A DNA stretch of 62,815 nt from Cyanobacteria bacterium J06626_4 (GCA_038523235.1 JBCBJQ010000025.1:1-62815), one strand, 5' to 3'; counted from the first letter of the stretch, positions 8,936 to 19,984 are shown. Program-made: numbers and translations. The notes: generated by a model from the sequence alone, not told the origin.

Positions 8936-9097
8936 TTACCAATAGCGCCGAATCATGATTTCTAACCGATGAACCAGATGACGAAGATGCTGGATCTCAG
9001 CTTTGAGTTGCGTATTTTCAGTTTTGAGAGCCTGATTTTCCTGCCGCAGCGATCGCGTCTCTGGTGGCAGTGATGGCTCGTTAATAGAGGCTGTCAT
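8936..9097 (-). CDS. Small coiled-coil (leucine-zipper-like) protein, 53 aa
   Basis: MTASINEPSLPPETRSLRQENQALKTENTQLKAEIQHLRHLVHRLEIMIRRYW has a clean heptad Leu periodicity. Confidence 0.55.
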   Translation of the reverse strand: MTASINEPSLPPETRSLRQENQALKTENTQLKAEIQHLRHLVHRLEIMIRRYW

Positions 9098-9531
9098 GGT
9101 TGAGAAAAGAGGCGGAACCCATTTTCTGACGGTTATTCCCATTCGAGAAACCGGCGTCTTTGTTCCGCTAATACTCCTGATCTTGCCTCAACCACCTAGC
9201 CAATTGGGGAAACTCGTAATAAAGACACATGACCGGATACCCCGGCTCAGACATCGGACTCCCGAGGCAATCTGGGTAAGGTGGGGGAGCTGAGGAAGCA
9301 GATTTGTCGTCTTTGTTCAGAGAATCGATGTCATCCCCATGCTTCAGAGTGACGCTGCAGATTTCCTCGATGCCCGGCGGGCAGGCTTGGTCAACGACTC
9401 TGCTCAAGGAAAGTTGGCTGAGCAAAGTCGTTCAGTCCTTTGCCAATCACCCAGAACTTCCCGCCAATGCAAAAACCGTCCCTGTTCATGCGATCGGGGA
9501 CGGTTTGGCCATTTAGCCAGTGGTGCCAAAT

Positions 9532-10230
9532 CTACCAGAGGCCGCGCACGGGCTCAGCGGGTGCAGTCGTTGCTGCCGGTGCAGAGGTGGCGGGAGCTGT
9601 GGTCGCAGCGGGAGGTGTTGTCGTTTCCGCCGGGAGCGGTGTGGCTGCCACCGGCCCCGCTTCTAAGGCAGCAATCGCTTCGGGAGAGAGCAAGACATCA
9701 TCAATGACGTGAATCACGCCATTGCTCGCCGGAATATCAAAGGCCGACACCCCGACGCCATCGACGTTAACGTCTTCACCGCCGCGATTGACCTGAATCG
9801 TGTCACCATTTGCGGCTTCTAACACCGTGGCCCCGTTGGGAATGTCGTTAGATACCACCGCCGCGCCCGGCACCACGTGATGCAGCAGGGTCTCGGCTAG
9901 CAGTTCACGGTTGGCGGGTTCTAGCAAGTCAGGTACGCCAATGCCATAGCGACCTTGCAGCAGGTCATCAAAGTCGGCGAAGGCTTCGTTGGTCGGCGCG
10001 AATACGGTGAATGGCCCTGGCCCCATCAGCGCCTCTGCTAGGCCAGCGGCTTCCACCGCTTGCACCAAGGTGCTGAAATCATCAACGCTGCTAGCCACAC
10101 TGACAATATCGGCATTGGCTTGGGCGACAGTGGGCGCTGCTTCCGGCAGGGCCAGTGCCACCGGTGCCGCTGTGACGGTCAAAATACTCGCGATCGCAAA
10201 CTTGTTCAACGCCGAAAATAAGTACGCCAT
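9532..10230 (-). CDS. Fasciclin (FAS1) domain secreted protein
   Basis: Signal peptide; FSTLVQAVEAAGL, GPFTVFAPTNEAF, HHVV, ASNGVIHVIDDVL; Ala/Thr/Pro tail ending PVRGLW. Start placed at ATG 10230. Confidence 0.92.
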   Translation of the reverse strand: MAYLFSALNKFAIASILTVTAAPVALALPEAAPTVAQANADIVSVASSVDDFSTLVQAVEAAGLAEALMGPGPFTVFAPTNEAFADFDDLLQGRYGIGVPDLLEPANRELLAETLLHHVVPGAAVVSNDIPNGATVLEAANGDTIQVNRGGEDVNVDGVGVSAFDIPASNGVIHVIDDVLLSPEAIAALEAGPVAATPLPAETTTPPAATTAPATSAPAATTAPAEPVRGLW

Positions 10231-10923
10231 TGGAGTCCTCACGTTGGGGTAACCTGTCTCAAAAATCACTCTACTACGGGATATCTTGCTATTTGTTGCG
10301 ATCAGGCGCAGCTCAGTCGTCGATGTGTTGCAGCCAACATTTTTCGGCCCCTGGAGCGCAATTCCGAGCATGATCTCCCACATTTCTATGGGGACTAATC
10401 TGTTTGAGCTAGCGGCAGTGTTTCATGATGTCGTCATGCCGACGCTACGGTGTCACCGACTCGAAACCGATTCCGCTGTCGTGGCTGCTGGCCAAGATGT
10501 TCCCGAGTTTTGGGTGCAGACGCCCTTGGATGGGCAACCTGCCAGTGTCAGCAATGGCGATTACATCGGTTTTTGGGCTGAGTTCACCGATCAATAAGTA
10601 GACGCGTTGGACGCGGCGACGATCGCTAGCGATAGGACTTGACTGTTATCAGCACCACCAACCCCTCACGAAAAGTGCGCTATACCCTGGGGTGTTCCAC
10701 TCACAGTGGGGTGCGTTTGCCGCCAATCGCATTTTTGTGCGGCATTCATATAGATAGCGATCTACATAGATGGCGATCAATGGACTAACCCAATATCTTA
10801 CTCACGTCACATAAAGAAAGACGGAAGTATCTCTTGCGGACGAAAATCAACGACTACGCTTGTGTCAAAATGTAGTCGGTTTGCCAGCCTGTCGCTCAGA
10901 ACAGTGGAGAAGGCCTAAACAGT

Positions 10924-13014
10924 ATGGAATTAATCGAGCCAATCTATCAATACGCCTGGCTAGTGCCGGTTTTGCCGCTGGTCGGTGCCGCGATCGTCGG
11001 TACGGGACTCATTAGCTACAGTCAGACGACCAGCACGCTGCGGCGTCCGTCGGCGGTATTCATCGTGTCGCTCACTGGGGCGGCAATGGTACTGTCGTTT
11101 TTACTCTTTTTTAGCCAAGCACAAGGGCACGAAGCATATACCTACACCCTCGAATGGGCTTCTGCTGGCGACTTTAAGCTGACGATGGGCTACACCATCG
11201 ATCATTTAGCATCACTGATGCTGGTGATTGTGACGACGGTGGCCTTTTTGGTCATGGTTTACACCGATGGCTACATGGCTCATGATCCGGGCTATGTGCG
11301 CTTTTACGCCTATCTCAGCCTCTTTAGTTCCTCCATGCTGGGGTTGGTAATCAGTCCCAACCTTTTGCAGATTTATGTTTTTTGGGAACTAGTGGGTATG
11401 TGTTCCTACCTGTTGATTGGCTTTTGGTATGGCCGCGAAGGCGCTGCCGATGCCTGCCAGAAAGCCTTTATCACCAACCGTGTGGGTGACTTTGGACTGC
11501 TATTGGGCATGCTGGCTATCTTTTGGGCTACGGGTAGTTTTGAGTTTGAGGTGATGGGCGATCGCCTCACCGCCCTCGTGGAAAACGGCACGCTGACCGC
11601 TGGGGTCGTCTCGATCTTCGCGATTTTGGTCTTTTTGGGGCCGGTGGCCAAGTCGGCTCAGTTTCCGCTGCATGTATGGCTCCCCGACGCGATGGAAGGC
11701 CCGACGCCAATTTCGGCCTTGATTCACGCGGCGACCATGGTGGCAGCGGGTATTTTTCTTGTCGCCCGCATGTTCCCCGTTTTTGAAGAGCTCCCGACCG
11801 TGATGACGGTGGTGGCTTGGGTGGGCTGCTTTACCGCCTTTATGGGGGCCAGCATTGCGATTACTCAAAACGATATTAAGAAAGGGTTGGCCTACTCCAC
11901 GATGTCGCAGCTCGGCTACATGATGATGGCCATGGGCGTCGGTGCTTATGGGGCCGGTCTCTTTCACCTGATGACTCACGCCTACTTCAAGGCGATGCTG
12001 TTCCTCTGTTCGGGCTCCGTCATTCACGGTATGGAAGAGGTGGTGGGCCACGACGCCGTCTTGGCGCAAGATATGCGGTTGATGGGCGGCCTGCGCAAAT
12101 ACATGCCGATCACCTCAACAGCCTTTTTGATCGGGACCTTAGCGATCTGCGGCATTCCGCCCTTTGCGGGCTTTTGGTCGAAGGATGAAATTCTTGGCTC
12201 GACCTTTGCCGTGAGCCCCGTATTGTGGGCGATCGGCTGGCTCACCGCTGGCATCACGGCGTTCTACATGTTCCGCATGTATTTCAGCACCTTTGAAGGC
12301 GAATTTCGCGGGACTGACAAAACCATTCAGATGCAGCTCAAGCGCGAGCAGCTGATGGCGATGGGGGCATCCCTCGGGCCAGGGGCGATGAATCCTCAAG
12401 AGCTGACGCTTGATCCTGAGGCTGATGACGATCATGATGAGCATCACGCTGCCACGCCCCATGAGTCGCCGTTTTCAATGACGTTTCCGCTGATTGCCTT
12501 GGCGGTGCCTTCGGCCCTGATTGGTCTGGTGGGGACGCCCTTCGTTAACTATTTCGAAGCGTTCATTCATCCCCCGAGTGAAGCGGTTCAGCCCCTCTTA
12601 CCCTGGTCGGAAGCCTTTGCCGGGTTTGAGTGGTCAGAGTTTTTGCTCATGGGGGGGTCTTCCGTGGGTATTGGCCTGATCGGCATCACGCTGGCAGTGC
12701 TGATGTATTCCAGCAAGAAGATTGACCCGGCGGCGATCGCTAGCAAAATTAAGCCGCTGTACCAGTTGTCTAAAAACAAGTGGTATATCGACGAAATTTA
12801 CGATGCCGTCTTCGTCAAGGGCTGCCGCAATTTAGCCAAGCAGGTGTTGGCGATCGACATTCGCATTGTGGATGGCATCGTCAATCTGGCCGGTTTTGTC
12901 ACGCTGGTCACCGGTGAGGGCCTGAAATACTTTGAGAATGGTAAGGCTCAGTTCTACGCTCTGATTGTGTTTGGGGCGGTTTTGGGCCTGGTTCTCGTCT
13001 CGGGTATTGGCTAA
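10924..13014 (+). CDS. ndhF1: NAD(P)H-quinone oxidoreductase subunit 5 (NdhF1)
   Basis: YQYAWLVPVLP, GYMAHDPGYVRF, WELVGMCSYLLIGFW, AKSAQFPLHVWLPDAMEGPTPISALIHAATMV; adjacent to ndhD. Confidence 0.97.
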   Translation: MELIEPIYQYAWLVPVLPLVGAAIVGTGLISYSQTTSTLRRPSAVFIVSLTGAAMVLSFLLFFSQAQGHEAYTYTLEWASAGDFKLTMGYTIDHLASLMLVIVTTVAFLVMVYTDGYMAHDPGYVRFYAYLSLFSSSMLGLVISPNLLQIYVFWELVGMCSYLLIGFWYGREGAADACQKAFITNRVGDFGLLLGMLAIFWATGSFEFEVMGDRLTALVENGTLTAGVVSIFAILVFLGPVAKSAQFPLHVWLPDAMEGPTPISALIHAATMVAAGIFLVARMFPVFEELPTVMTVVAWVGCFTAFMGASIAITQNDIKKGLAYSTMSQLGYMMMAMGVGAYGAGLFHLMTHAYFKAMLFLCSGSVIHGMEEVVGHDAVLAQDMRLMGGLRKYMPITSTAFLIGTLAICGIPPFAGFWSKDEILGSTFAVSPVLWAIGWLTAGITAFYMFRMYFSTFEGEFRGTDKTIQMQLKREQLMAMGASLGPGAMNPQELTLDPEADDDHDEHHAATPHESPFSMTFPLIALAVPSALIGLVGTPFVNYFEAFIHPPSEAVQPLLPWSEAFAGFEWSEFLLMGGSSVGIGLIGITLAVLMYSSKKIDPAAIASKIKPLYQLSKNKWYIDEIYDAVFVKGCRNLAKQVLAIDIRIVDGIVNLAGFVTLVTGEGLKYFENGKAQFYALIVFGAVLGLVLVSGIG

Positions 13015-13355
13015 CCCAATAGACGGGTGGAGCGATCGGTTGTGCAACTGATCGCTCCCCACGTTGCTAGAAATTCCTTGAATAGATTAAAAACTTATTG
13101 CGATTTTCGGAGTTGCCAGAATTCCCCCCTACAGTCTTCAGTAGGTTCTGCCTTGAATACGCCTGTTCCTCTCCTGCCGTTTTGTTAACCAGGGCGCGTC
13201 CTCAAATTAGGGCTAGCAACTTTGAGGACAGGCCTGCCGCGCCCGCTCCCCAAACCTCGCTGGGGGCTTCAACCCTAAGTGGGAAAGTCACTTAGCTTGC
13301 AGCTGATAACAGCCCCTAGAAACCTTCGTTTCAAAGCACCCTTAGAAAATATCCT

Positions 13356-14942
13356 ATGGAACTTGCTCAATTTCCCTGGCTGACGGTCACTATTTTTCTG
13401 CCGATTACCGCAGCCCTCTTCATTCCCTTCATCCCTGACAAAGACGGCAAAACTCTGCGGTGGTATGCCCTAGTCGTGGGTCTCATTGACTTCGTCTTGT
13501 TAGTCAGTGCGTTTTACCTAGGGTATGACTTTAGTGATTCTGGCTTGCAGCTGGTTGAGAGCTACACTTGGGTGCCCCAACTTGATTTGCGGTGGTCAGT
13601 CGGTGCTGATGGGCTATCAATGCCCCTTATTTTGCTGACGGGTTTTATCACCACGCTGGCCATTCTCGCCTCTTGGCCGGTCACCCTCAAGCCCAAGCTC
13701 TTTTACTTTTTGCTGTTGGCCATGTACAGCGGCCAGATCGGCGTGTTTGCCGTGCAAGACATGCTGCTGTTTTTCTTTATGTGGGAACTGGAGCTGATTC
13801 CGGTATACCTACTGCTGTCGATTTGGGGCGGTAAGAAGCGCTTGTATGCCGCAACTAAGTTCATTTTGTATACCGCTGGCGGGTCACTGTTTATTCTGGT
13901 GGCGGCTTTAGCGATGGCCTTTTACGGCGATGTCGTGAGTTTCGACATGACAACCCTCGCCGCGAAGGACTACACCACTAAGTTCCAGCTCTTTATGTAT
14001 GCGGCTTTCTTGATTGCTTATGCCGTCAAGCTGCCAATCTTCCCCCTACATACCTGGTTGCCGGATGCTCACGGCGAGGCCACGGCTCCAGTGCATATGC
14101 TGCTAGCCGGTATTTTGCTGAAAATGGGCGGCTATGCCATCATTCGCATGAACTTGGGGATGCTACCCGATGCCCATGCCATCTTTGCCCCGGTGTTAGT
14201 GATCTTCGGCATTATCAATATTATTTATGCCGCGCTGACGTCTTTTGCCCAGCGCAATTTGAAGCGCAAGATTGCCTATTCCTCGATTTCTCACATGGGA
14301 TTTGTGATTATCGGGATTGCCTCCTTTACCAACTTGGGACTGAGTGGGGCCGTGCTGCAGATGGTTTCTCACGGGCTGATTGGGGCGAGTCTCTTTTTCT
14401 TAGTCGGGGCCACGTACGATCGCACCCACACGCTGATCCTGAGTGAAATGGGCGGCGTCGGCAAAAAGATGCCTAAGATCTTCGCGATGTTTACTACCTG
14501 CTCAATGGCGTCTTTGGCGCTACCTGGCATGAGTGGCTTTGTCGCTGAGCTGATGGTCTTTGTCGGCTTTGCCACCAGCGATGCTTATTCCTTTACCTTT
14601 CGACTGATCGCCGTCTTACTCATGGCGGTCGGGGTGATTTTGACTCCGATTTATCTCTTGACCATGCTACGAGAGATTTTCTACGGCTCTGAAAATAAGG
14701 AGCTGATTGAGCGCGAGGCCCTGATTGATGCGGAACCGCGCGAGGTGTTTATCATCGCCTGTCTGTTGATTCCCATCATTGGCTTTGGTCTTTATCCCAA
14801 GATGCTGACTCAGGTGTATGACACCACGACCCTGCGGTTAACCGATAATTTGCGCGCCCGCGCCTTTGCCGCCTCGGAGGAAGTGCAGCCCCTGGCGTTC
14901 TTGCCGAAACTGAAGGCTCCCGAATTACCCTCGGGGCTCTAG
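13356..14942 (+). CDS. ndhD1: NAD(P)H-quinone oxidoreductase subunit 4 (NdhD1)
   Basis: [51 protein letters not shown]; follows ndhF1. Confidence 0.96.
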   Translation: MELAQFPWLTVTIFLPITAALFIPFIPDKDGKTLRWYALVVGLIDFVLLVSAFYLGYDFSDSGLQLVESYTWVPQLDLRWSVGADGLSMPLILLTGFITTLAILASWPVTLKPKLFYFLLLAMYSGQIGVFAVQDMLLFFFMWELELIPVYLLLSIWGGKKRLYAATKFILYTAGGSLFILVAALAMAFYGDVVSFDMTTLAAKDYTTKFQLFMYAAFLIAYAVKLPIFPLHTWLPDAHGEATAPVHMLLAGILLKMGGYAIIRMNLGMLPDAHAIFAPVLVIFGIINIIYAALTSFAQRNLKRKIAYSSISHMGFVIIGIASFTNLGLSGAVLQMVSHGLIGASLFFLVGATYDRTHTLILSEMGGVGKKMPKIFAMFTTCSMASLALPGMSGFVAELMVFVGFATSDAYSFTFRLIAVLLMAVGVILTPIYLLTMLREIFYGSENKELIEREALIDAEPREVFIIACLLIPIIGFGLYPKMLTQVYDTTTLRLTDNLRARAFAASEEVQPLAFLPKLKAPELPSGL

Positions 14943-15302
14943 GGGCTGTCATCATTGAGCGGGCAAATCCTCTTAGTGAAAGGGACGCAGCCCTTAGCTT
15001 TTTGTGAGTGCGGGCGCGGTCATGCTGGGCCTTAAAGGCTTCTAGGTTTAATTGATGGCGCGCCCTAGAGCGACTGAGCGACTGGGTCGGCTTTGTGAAG
15101 CCTGGCCAAACAAGATTGAGCGAATCATCAAGCTTCCCTGGTGTCGGAAACATTCTCGACTCAGGGAATTCTTGTAGAACAGTGGCGATCGCTCTCTGTT
15201 CTCAAGCAAAATTAATTGAGGACTCAGACCGGATACTGCTGCCGTGGTTCAGTATGGTATTGAACAATGCCTCACAGCCTTACCCAAAAGCCATCTAAGA
15301 CA

Positions 15303-16757
15303 ATGAAAAATCCTTGGTCTCGTCGTCTTCGCTCCAGCGCTTACGTTCTCGGTACTGCGATTGGCCTCACGGTCTCAGGCGCTTTGGTGCCCCCGACAGA
15401 GCTGGCCTCTACGTGGGGATTGTCAAAGATGGCGATCGCTCAAAATGCCTCTGAGCAAACCAACATTCAGGTCTACCGCAACGCCAGCCCGGCTGTGGTG
15501 GCGATTGAAGCAGAAGATGGTTCTGGCAGCGGCAGCATCATCACGACCAATGGTCTTATTTTGACCAACGCTCACGTAGTGGGCAGAAATACGGTTGTCC
15601 AAGTTCGCTTGGCTGATGGCCGCGAGTTTACCGGTGATGTGGTGGGGTTTGCCAGTAGTCGCGTCGATTTGGCTGCGATTCAGCTGCGAGGTAATCCGTC
15701 TGGGCTGCCCACTATCAGCATTGCTGCTCCCAATTCAGTGCAGGTCGGACAACAAGCCTTTGCGATCGGCAATCCCTTTGGCTTATCCGGGACATTCACC
15801 ACTGGCATCGTCAGCCGCATTGACCCCGAGCGTGGGCTGATTCAAACCGATGCGGCGATTAATCCCGGCAATTCCGGCGGGCCACTGTTGGGCAGTGATG
15901 GTCGCCTCATCGGCGTCAACACGTCCATCTTTACGACGCAACAAAGCGGTGGCAATATCGGCATTGGCTTTGCGATTCCGGTGCAAGAGGTACAAACGTT
16001 TATCGCTGAGGTGAATGCCGGCACGGCCCTGACCACTGCGAGTGCAGCCGGCAACCGTGGCGGCCGCGAACCCCAAGTGATCGCCCTCAACGATATCATC
16101 TCGGGTCAGCTCGACGACGGTAGCGATATTTTGCCCGACGGTAGTTTTTTCAACGCCTATGTGTTTGAAGGTCGCCAGGGTCAACGGGTGGCGGTAGAAA
16201 TGATGAGTCAGGATCTCGATGCTTATCTGATTCTGCTCAGTGAATCGGGCGACAGCTTATATCTCGAAGACGATGACAGCGCTGGCGATTTCAACGCTCG
16301 TCTCGTCACGACGCTGCCGGAAGATGGCGAATACATTATCATTGCTAACTCCTTTGCTGGCGGCGAGCGCGGTCGCTATGACCTCAGGTTGGCTGAAGTC
16401 GATGGGGCAGCCCCGCCGACGGCGACGACGCCATCACCGAGTGGTTATATCTTGCAGGAGAGTGGGCGTTTAGAAGCGGGGGATGACATTGCCCCCGATG
16501 ATACCCTCTATGACCAATACACCTTTGAGGGTCAAGCGGGGCAAACGGTGACCATCACGCTCGAAAGTCAGGAGTTTGATACCTATCTGGCTATTGTTGA
16601 TGAGGCGGGCAATTTGGTCGCTGAAAATGATGATATTGGCCCCAACTCGACGAACTCAGCCGTCTCGTTTACGGTGCCGACGACGGGAAGATTCCTGATC
16701 ATTGTGAATGGCTACTCAACCGCCGATCAAGGCCGTTACGACCTGGTTGTCCGCTAA
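15303..16757 (+). CDS. Secreted trypsin-like (HtrA/Deg-type) serine protease with two C-terminal PPC-like domains
   Basis: LTNAHVV, DLAAIQL, IQTDAAINPGNSGGPLL triad; repeated Y.FEG..GQ.V...DAYL/DTYL...DD modules. Confidence 0.9.
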   Translation: MKNPWSRRLRSSAYVLGTAIGLTVSGALVPPTELASTWGLSKMAIAQNASEQTNIQVYRNASPAVVAIEAEDGSGSGSIITTNGLILTNAHVVGRNTVVQVRLADGREFTGDVVGFASSRVDLAAIQLRGNPSGLPTISIAAPNSVQVGQQAFAIGNPFGLSGTFTTGIVSRIDPERGLIQTDAAINPGNSGGPLLGSDGRLIGVNTSIFTTQQSGGNIGIGFAIPVQEVQTFIAEVNAGTALTTASAAGNRGGREPQVIALNDIISGQLDDGSDILPDGSFFNAYVFEGRQGQRVAVEMMSQDLDAYLILLSESGDSLYLEDDDSAGDFNARLVTTLPEDGEYIIIANSFAGGERGRYDLRLAEVDGAAPPTATTPSPSGYILQESGRLEAGDDIAPDDTLYDQYTFEGQAGQTVTITLESQEFDTYLAIVDEAGNLVAENDDIGPNSTNSAVSFTVPTTGRFLIIVNGYSTADQGRYDLVVR

Positions 16758-16800
16758 CTCTGCTAGCCCTTCGTGGTGCCCTTCAACAGGAAACAGTCAA

Positions 16801-17016
16801 CTAGAACCCGAGCCAGGCAAAGAAAGTTTGGTGGGTAATCAGTTCCAGCAGCAGCAGGGCCACGAAGCCAACCATGGCAAATCGACCGTTGATCCGCTCT
16901 GCGTAGTCGTTTAACCCAAAGGAAGGCGTCTTGTCTGCTGTTGCTATTGCAGTGTCAGTAGACGCCTCAGGGACCTTGGGCACTATGTTTGTGGTGTCTG
17001 GAGTTTCTGGTGCCAT
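16801..17016 (-). CDS. hli: High-light-inducible protein (HLIP/SCP)
   Basis: FGLNDYAERINGRFAMVGF chlorophyll-binding motif, single TM. Confidence 0.93.
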   Translation of the reverse strand: MAPETPDTTNIVPKVPEASTDTAIATADKTPSFGLNDYAERINGRFAMVGFVALLLLELITHQTFFAWLGF

Positions 17017-17146
17017 AAAAAGTTAGAGGTGTCTGTTACCGAAGCGATCGCTTCGCCGTCAACCGTTGTCGCCCTATCTAGAACCCATGAACGAAGGCAT
17101 CGCTTGGTCAGCTCTACTGTATCCCAAGAGATGACGGTCAGAAAGG

Positions 17147-18235
17147 TTAACCAGCTTTTTCGCCATAATCAGTCATCGGGGTGGCTTGTAGGGGGGCGAT
17201 CTGCGGGGCGATCGCCCCGGCACTGATACCCGCTTTATGGGCTGCCATCGCCCCAATCGCTTCCAGATAGGAGCGGACTCGCCTGACCCGCACACCCAAG
17301 CACTCTGGGGTGATGGTGAGCGTCGTTGTGTTCTCTTCGACTGCGATAATTTGGGCTGGGGTACCGCTAAAATGCAGCACGCCGCTGCCGCCAAATGCTG
17401 CCGCTGGCACAATCACAGCGTCCACTTGGTCGCGCCCAATATCTCCCCCTGAGGTCGCTGTCGCTGCCACCAGCTGAGGGGCACGGCTGAGCCCTGCTAG
17501 CACGCAAGGTAAAAAGGTATGACCAATCTCTTCAGCTGCTGATTTAGGCGATAACGTTGGCTCTAACGGTAGGGGACTGAGAGCTGGTGCGTGAGCGCAG
17601 GGCAGCTGAAACTGGCGCACTAGCAAGTGACTAATCACGGCTTCGGCACCGGCTAAGGGATCCACTCCCTGCCCTTGACGATAATTTTGCAAAGAGTCTG
17701 AGCCGTCATCTTCAGGAAAGCGGACAACGACGGCGATTGCTGTCGCGCCTAACTGCACTAATTTCTCTGCCGCTCTCAGCAACGTGCCAGGGTTGGTAAT
17801 GGTGCCCCAAGTTGCGCCCGACTCTGCCGCTTTCAGGGTGACGCCGACGGGCGCATCGGTGATGACATAATCAGTCATCTCTAAGCCCAGGGTGGCACGC
17901 GCCGCATCCGCGGCCTGCAGGTGCCGATACCGCGCCTGTGGCTCGATAGCCTGGTCGAGTAGCAAACCAATGCGGTTACAATGCACGGGGCGTAGCCCCC
18001 AAGTCCCTGCCGCAAACTGATCGAGCCCATAGCCCTCAACATAGAGGGCGTTGGACAGTGGCCAGTAAAGCTGCGCCCCATTCATCACGTTGGGATGGGT
18101 GATCAGGGTATCGGCGACTTGCGCGATCGCGCGGGCCACTGGCAGTGCATCGCCCGCATACCCGCCAATGGCAGCACCCACCCCGGTGGGCACAATGAGG
18201 ACAGCAGTGTAAGGGCGGCTGGGTGTAGTAGGCAT
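17147..18235 (-). CDS. DUF3326-domain protein
   Basis: VLIVPTGVGAAIGGYAGDALP, ITHPNVMNGA, GVDPLAGAEAVISHL, AAEEIGHTFLPCVLAGL. Confidence 0.88.
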   Translation of the reverse strand: MPTTPSRPYTAVLIVPTGVGAAIGGYAGDALPVARAIAQVADTLITHPNVMNGAQLYWPLSNALYVEGYGLDQFAAGTWGLRPVHCNRIGLLLDQAIEPQARYRHLQAADAARATLGLEMTDYVITDAPVGVTLKAAESGATWGTITNPGTLLRAAEKLVQLGATAIAVVVRFPEDDGSDSLQNYRQGQGVDPLAGAEAVISHLLVRQFQLPCAHAPALSPLPLEPTLSPKSAAEEIGHTFLPCVLAGLSRAPQLVAATATSGGDIGRDQVDAVIVPAAAFGGSGVLHFSGTPAQIIAVEENTTTLTITPECLGVRVRRVRSYLEAIGAMAAHKAGISAGAIAPQIAPLQATPMTDYGEKAG

Positions 18236-18343
18236 GGGCAAGACTAAAGAGAGGCGTGAGGCGGCCTTGGCAGCTGGGCATTCTGCACTGCAGTTAATGT
18301 TTGACTGCTACGCTGCTGCTTGGCGTTATTCATCCTCTAGCAG

Positions 18344-18517
18344 CTACTTATCCGTTACAACCGCTTCGACCTGTGCCGTTTTTGTCGCTTCATCCACCTT
18401 CGCGATCGCCCAGCGGAGGGGCTCACCCCGTTTTTGCAGCTCCGCCTCGACTTTTTGAGGCAGCTCAGCCGGATTTTCGGTTAGGTCAATTTCAGCCGTA
18501 ATAAAGTGGGTCGTCAT
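18344..18517 (-). CDS. Conserved small cyanobacterial hypothetical protein, 57 aa
   Basis: Below the ORF-track cutoff. MTTHFITAEIDLTENPAELPQKVEAELQKRGEPLRWAIAKVDEATKTAQVEAVVTDK, co-oriented between the ferredoxin and DUF3326 genes. Confidence 0.8.
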   Translation of the reverse strand: MTTHFITAEIDLTENPAELPQKVEAELQKRGEPLRWAIAKVDEATKTAQVEAVVTDK

Positions 18518-18621
18518 GGTGAGAATTCCTCTAAAAGCGAGCTTTAGACTTTTTCAGTGATCGAACAGCGCGAACAGTACTGTTGAGTGGCTAGGTCTGG
18601 GAATGAATTCGGCAACCTCAT

Positions 18622-18942
18622 TCAGGAAGGCTGGCCAAACTGCTTCTCATACACAATGTCTTCTTTCTCGGTTTCGAGTCGGATGTCAGAGCGAGGATAG
18701 GCCACACAAAGCAAAGCGTATCCCTCACTTTGTAGATCTGGCCCAACGCCCATCCCTTCTGCCTGATCGACGGTGCCTGCTTGAATGAGCGCCGCACAGG
18801 TTGTGCAGACTCCCGCATTACAAGAAAAGGGCAGTTCGAGGCCCGCTTCCTGCGCTGCCGATAAAATTGTCTTGTCCTCAGCAACTTGAACTTGAGTGAC
18901 AGTGCCTTGGTGATTGATTTCGACGGTAAACGTATTGGCCAT
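18622..18942 (-). CDS. 2Fe-2S plant-type ferredoxin with C-terminal extension (Fed2/FdC2-type)
   Basis: LPFSCNAGVCTTCAA...ALLCVAYPRSD and the EDIVYEKQFG tail. Confidence 0.92.
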   Translation of the reverse strand: MANTFTVEINHQGTVTQVQVAEDKTILSAAQEAGLELPFSCNAGVCTTCAALIQAGTVDQAEGMGVGPDLQSEGYALLCVAYPRSDIRLETEKEDIVYEKQFGQPS

Positions 18943-19042
18943 CAGCTTTTCTTGAGCGTCAAATCACAGAATAAAAAAAGTGTGGATGAGGGCTAGCCCC
19001 CATTGGGCTGGGCTGACAACAGAGCGCTAAAACCGTTGGGAT

Positions 19043-19076
19043 AAAGCAATCCTTTCAAGTGACAGAAAGGATTGCT
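19043..19076 (-). terminator. Terminator hairpin
   Basis: 12-bp perfect stem AGCAATCCTTTC/GAAAGGATTGCT with a short T-run on the minus strand. Confidence 0.6.
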
Positions 19077-19250
19077 ATGGGCTCTGTTGTCAGCTCATCC
19101 TACTGCAGAATCGGCGGGGCCAGAGTTGTGTTACTCACCCCAGACAACAGGGTCGGGGTGTCAGTTTGTGGTCAGACCGCCGCCGAGAGATGAGTTATCC
19201 CTCCATAGGCAAACTCAAACCAGGCCGGTAACTAAGCCGGGAAAACCGTC
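19043..19250 (-). ncRNA. Candidate cyanobacterial sRNA (~210 nt)
   Basis: No credible ORF; several hairpins; core CTATGGAGGGATAACTCATCTCTCGGCGGCGGTC...GACCCTGTTGTCTGGGGTGAGTAA; ends in a terminator. Boundaries approximate. Confidence 0.45.
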
Positions 19251-19537
19251 TCAAATTCTGCTAACAGGTCGTCCATTTCCTCTAGGGCTTGGTTCACATC
19301 AATCCTCAACATGCCGATGTCAGGTTGCTCAAGTAGTTTCAGCAAAACCTCACGTTTGCTGCGAATCATCTCGACTCGATCGCGAATTGCCTGGGTATCC
19401 ATGGTTGCTCAATGACTCACCAACTACCCAGCATAGGCAACTTTGGAACGAGAGGGAACCTTAATGGCTGATTTCGACCCTCTGGTTTGAGTCCTCAGAG
19501 ACCTAAGTCGCCAATTCTTCGGGGCATAATCGTCCGT

Positions 19538-19984
19538 TCAGAGGTGTTTAACGAGAAAGCGATCAAGCTGATTGGCAAACGCTTCGCGATCGCGCTGGTT
19601 AAACGGGGGCGGGCCGCCGGTTTCCACCCCACTGTTGCGCAATTCGTCCAAAAAATTCCGCATGGAGAGCCGCTGTCGAATATTTACTTCATCGTAAAAT
19701 TCGCCTCGGGGATTCAGCGCGTAGGCTCCTTTGGCGATCGCTTCTGCCGCTAGGGGAATGTCAGCCGTGACCACCAAGTCTTTGGCCGCCAGATGCTGCA
19801 CGATATAGCCATCGGCCACATCTAGTCCTGCTTTGACCTGCACCGACTCAATATAGGGCGAAGCGGGAATCGTCAGGGCCTGATTGGCGACCAGCGTAGT
19901 TTTAACGGCGACCCGTCTCGCTGCCCGAAAAATAATTTCCTTAATCACCTTAGGACAGGCGTCGGCATCAACCCAAATTTGCAT
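19538..19984 (-). CDS. YaiI/YqxD family protein
   Basis: [32 protein letters not shown]...[14 protein letters not shown]. Confidence 0.92.
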   Translation of the reverse strand: MQIWVDADACPKVIKEIIFRAARRVAVKTTLVANQALTIPASPYIESVQVKAGLDVADGYIVQHLAAKDLVVTADIPLAAEAIAKGAYALNPRGEFYDEVNIRQRLSMRNFLDELRNSGVETGGPPPFNQRDREAFANQLDRFLVKHL

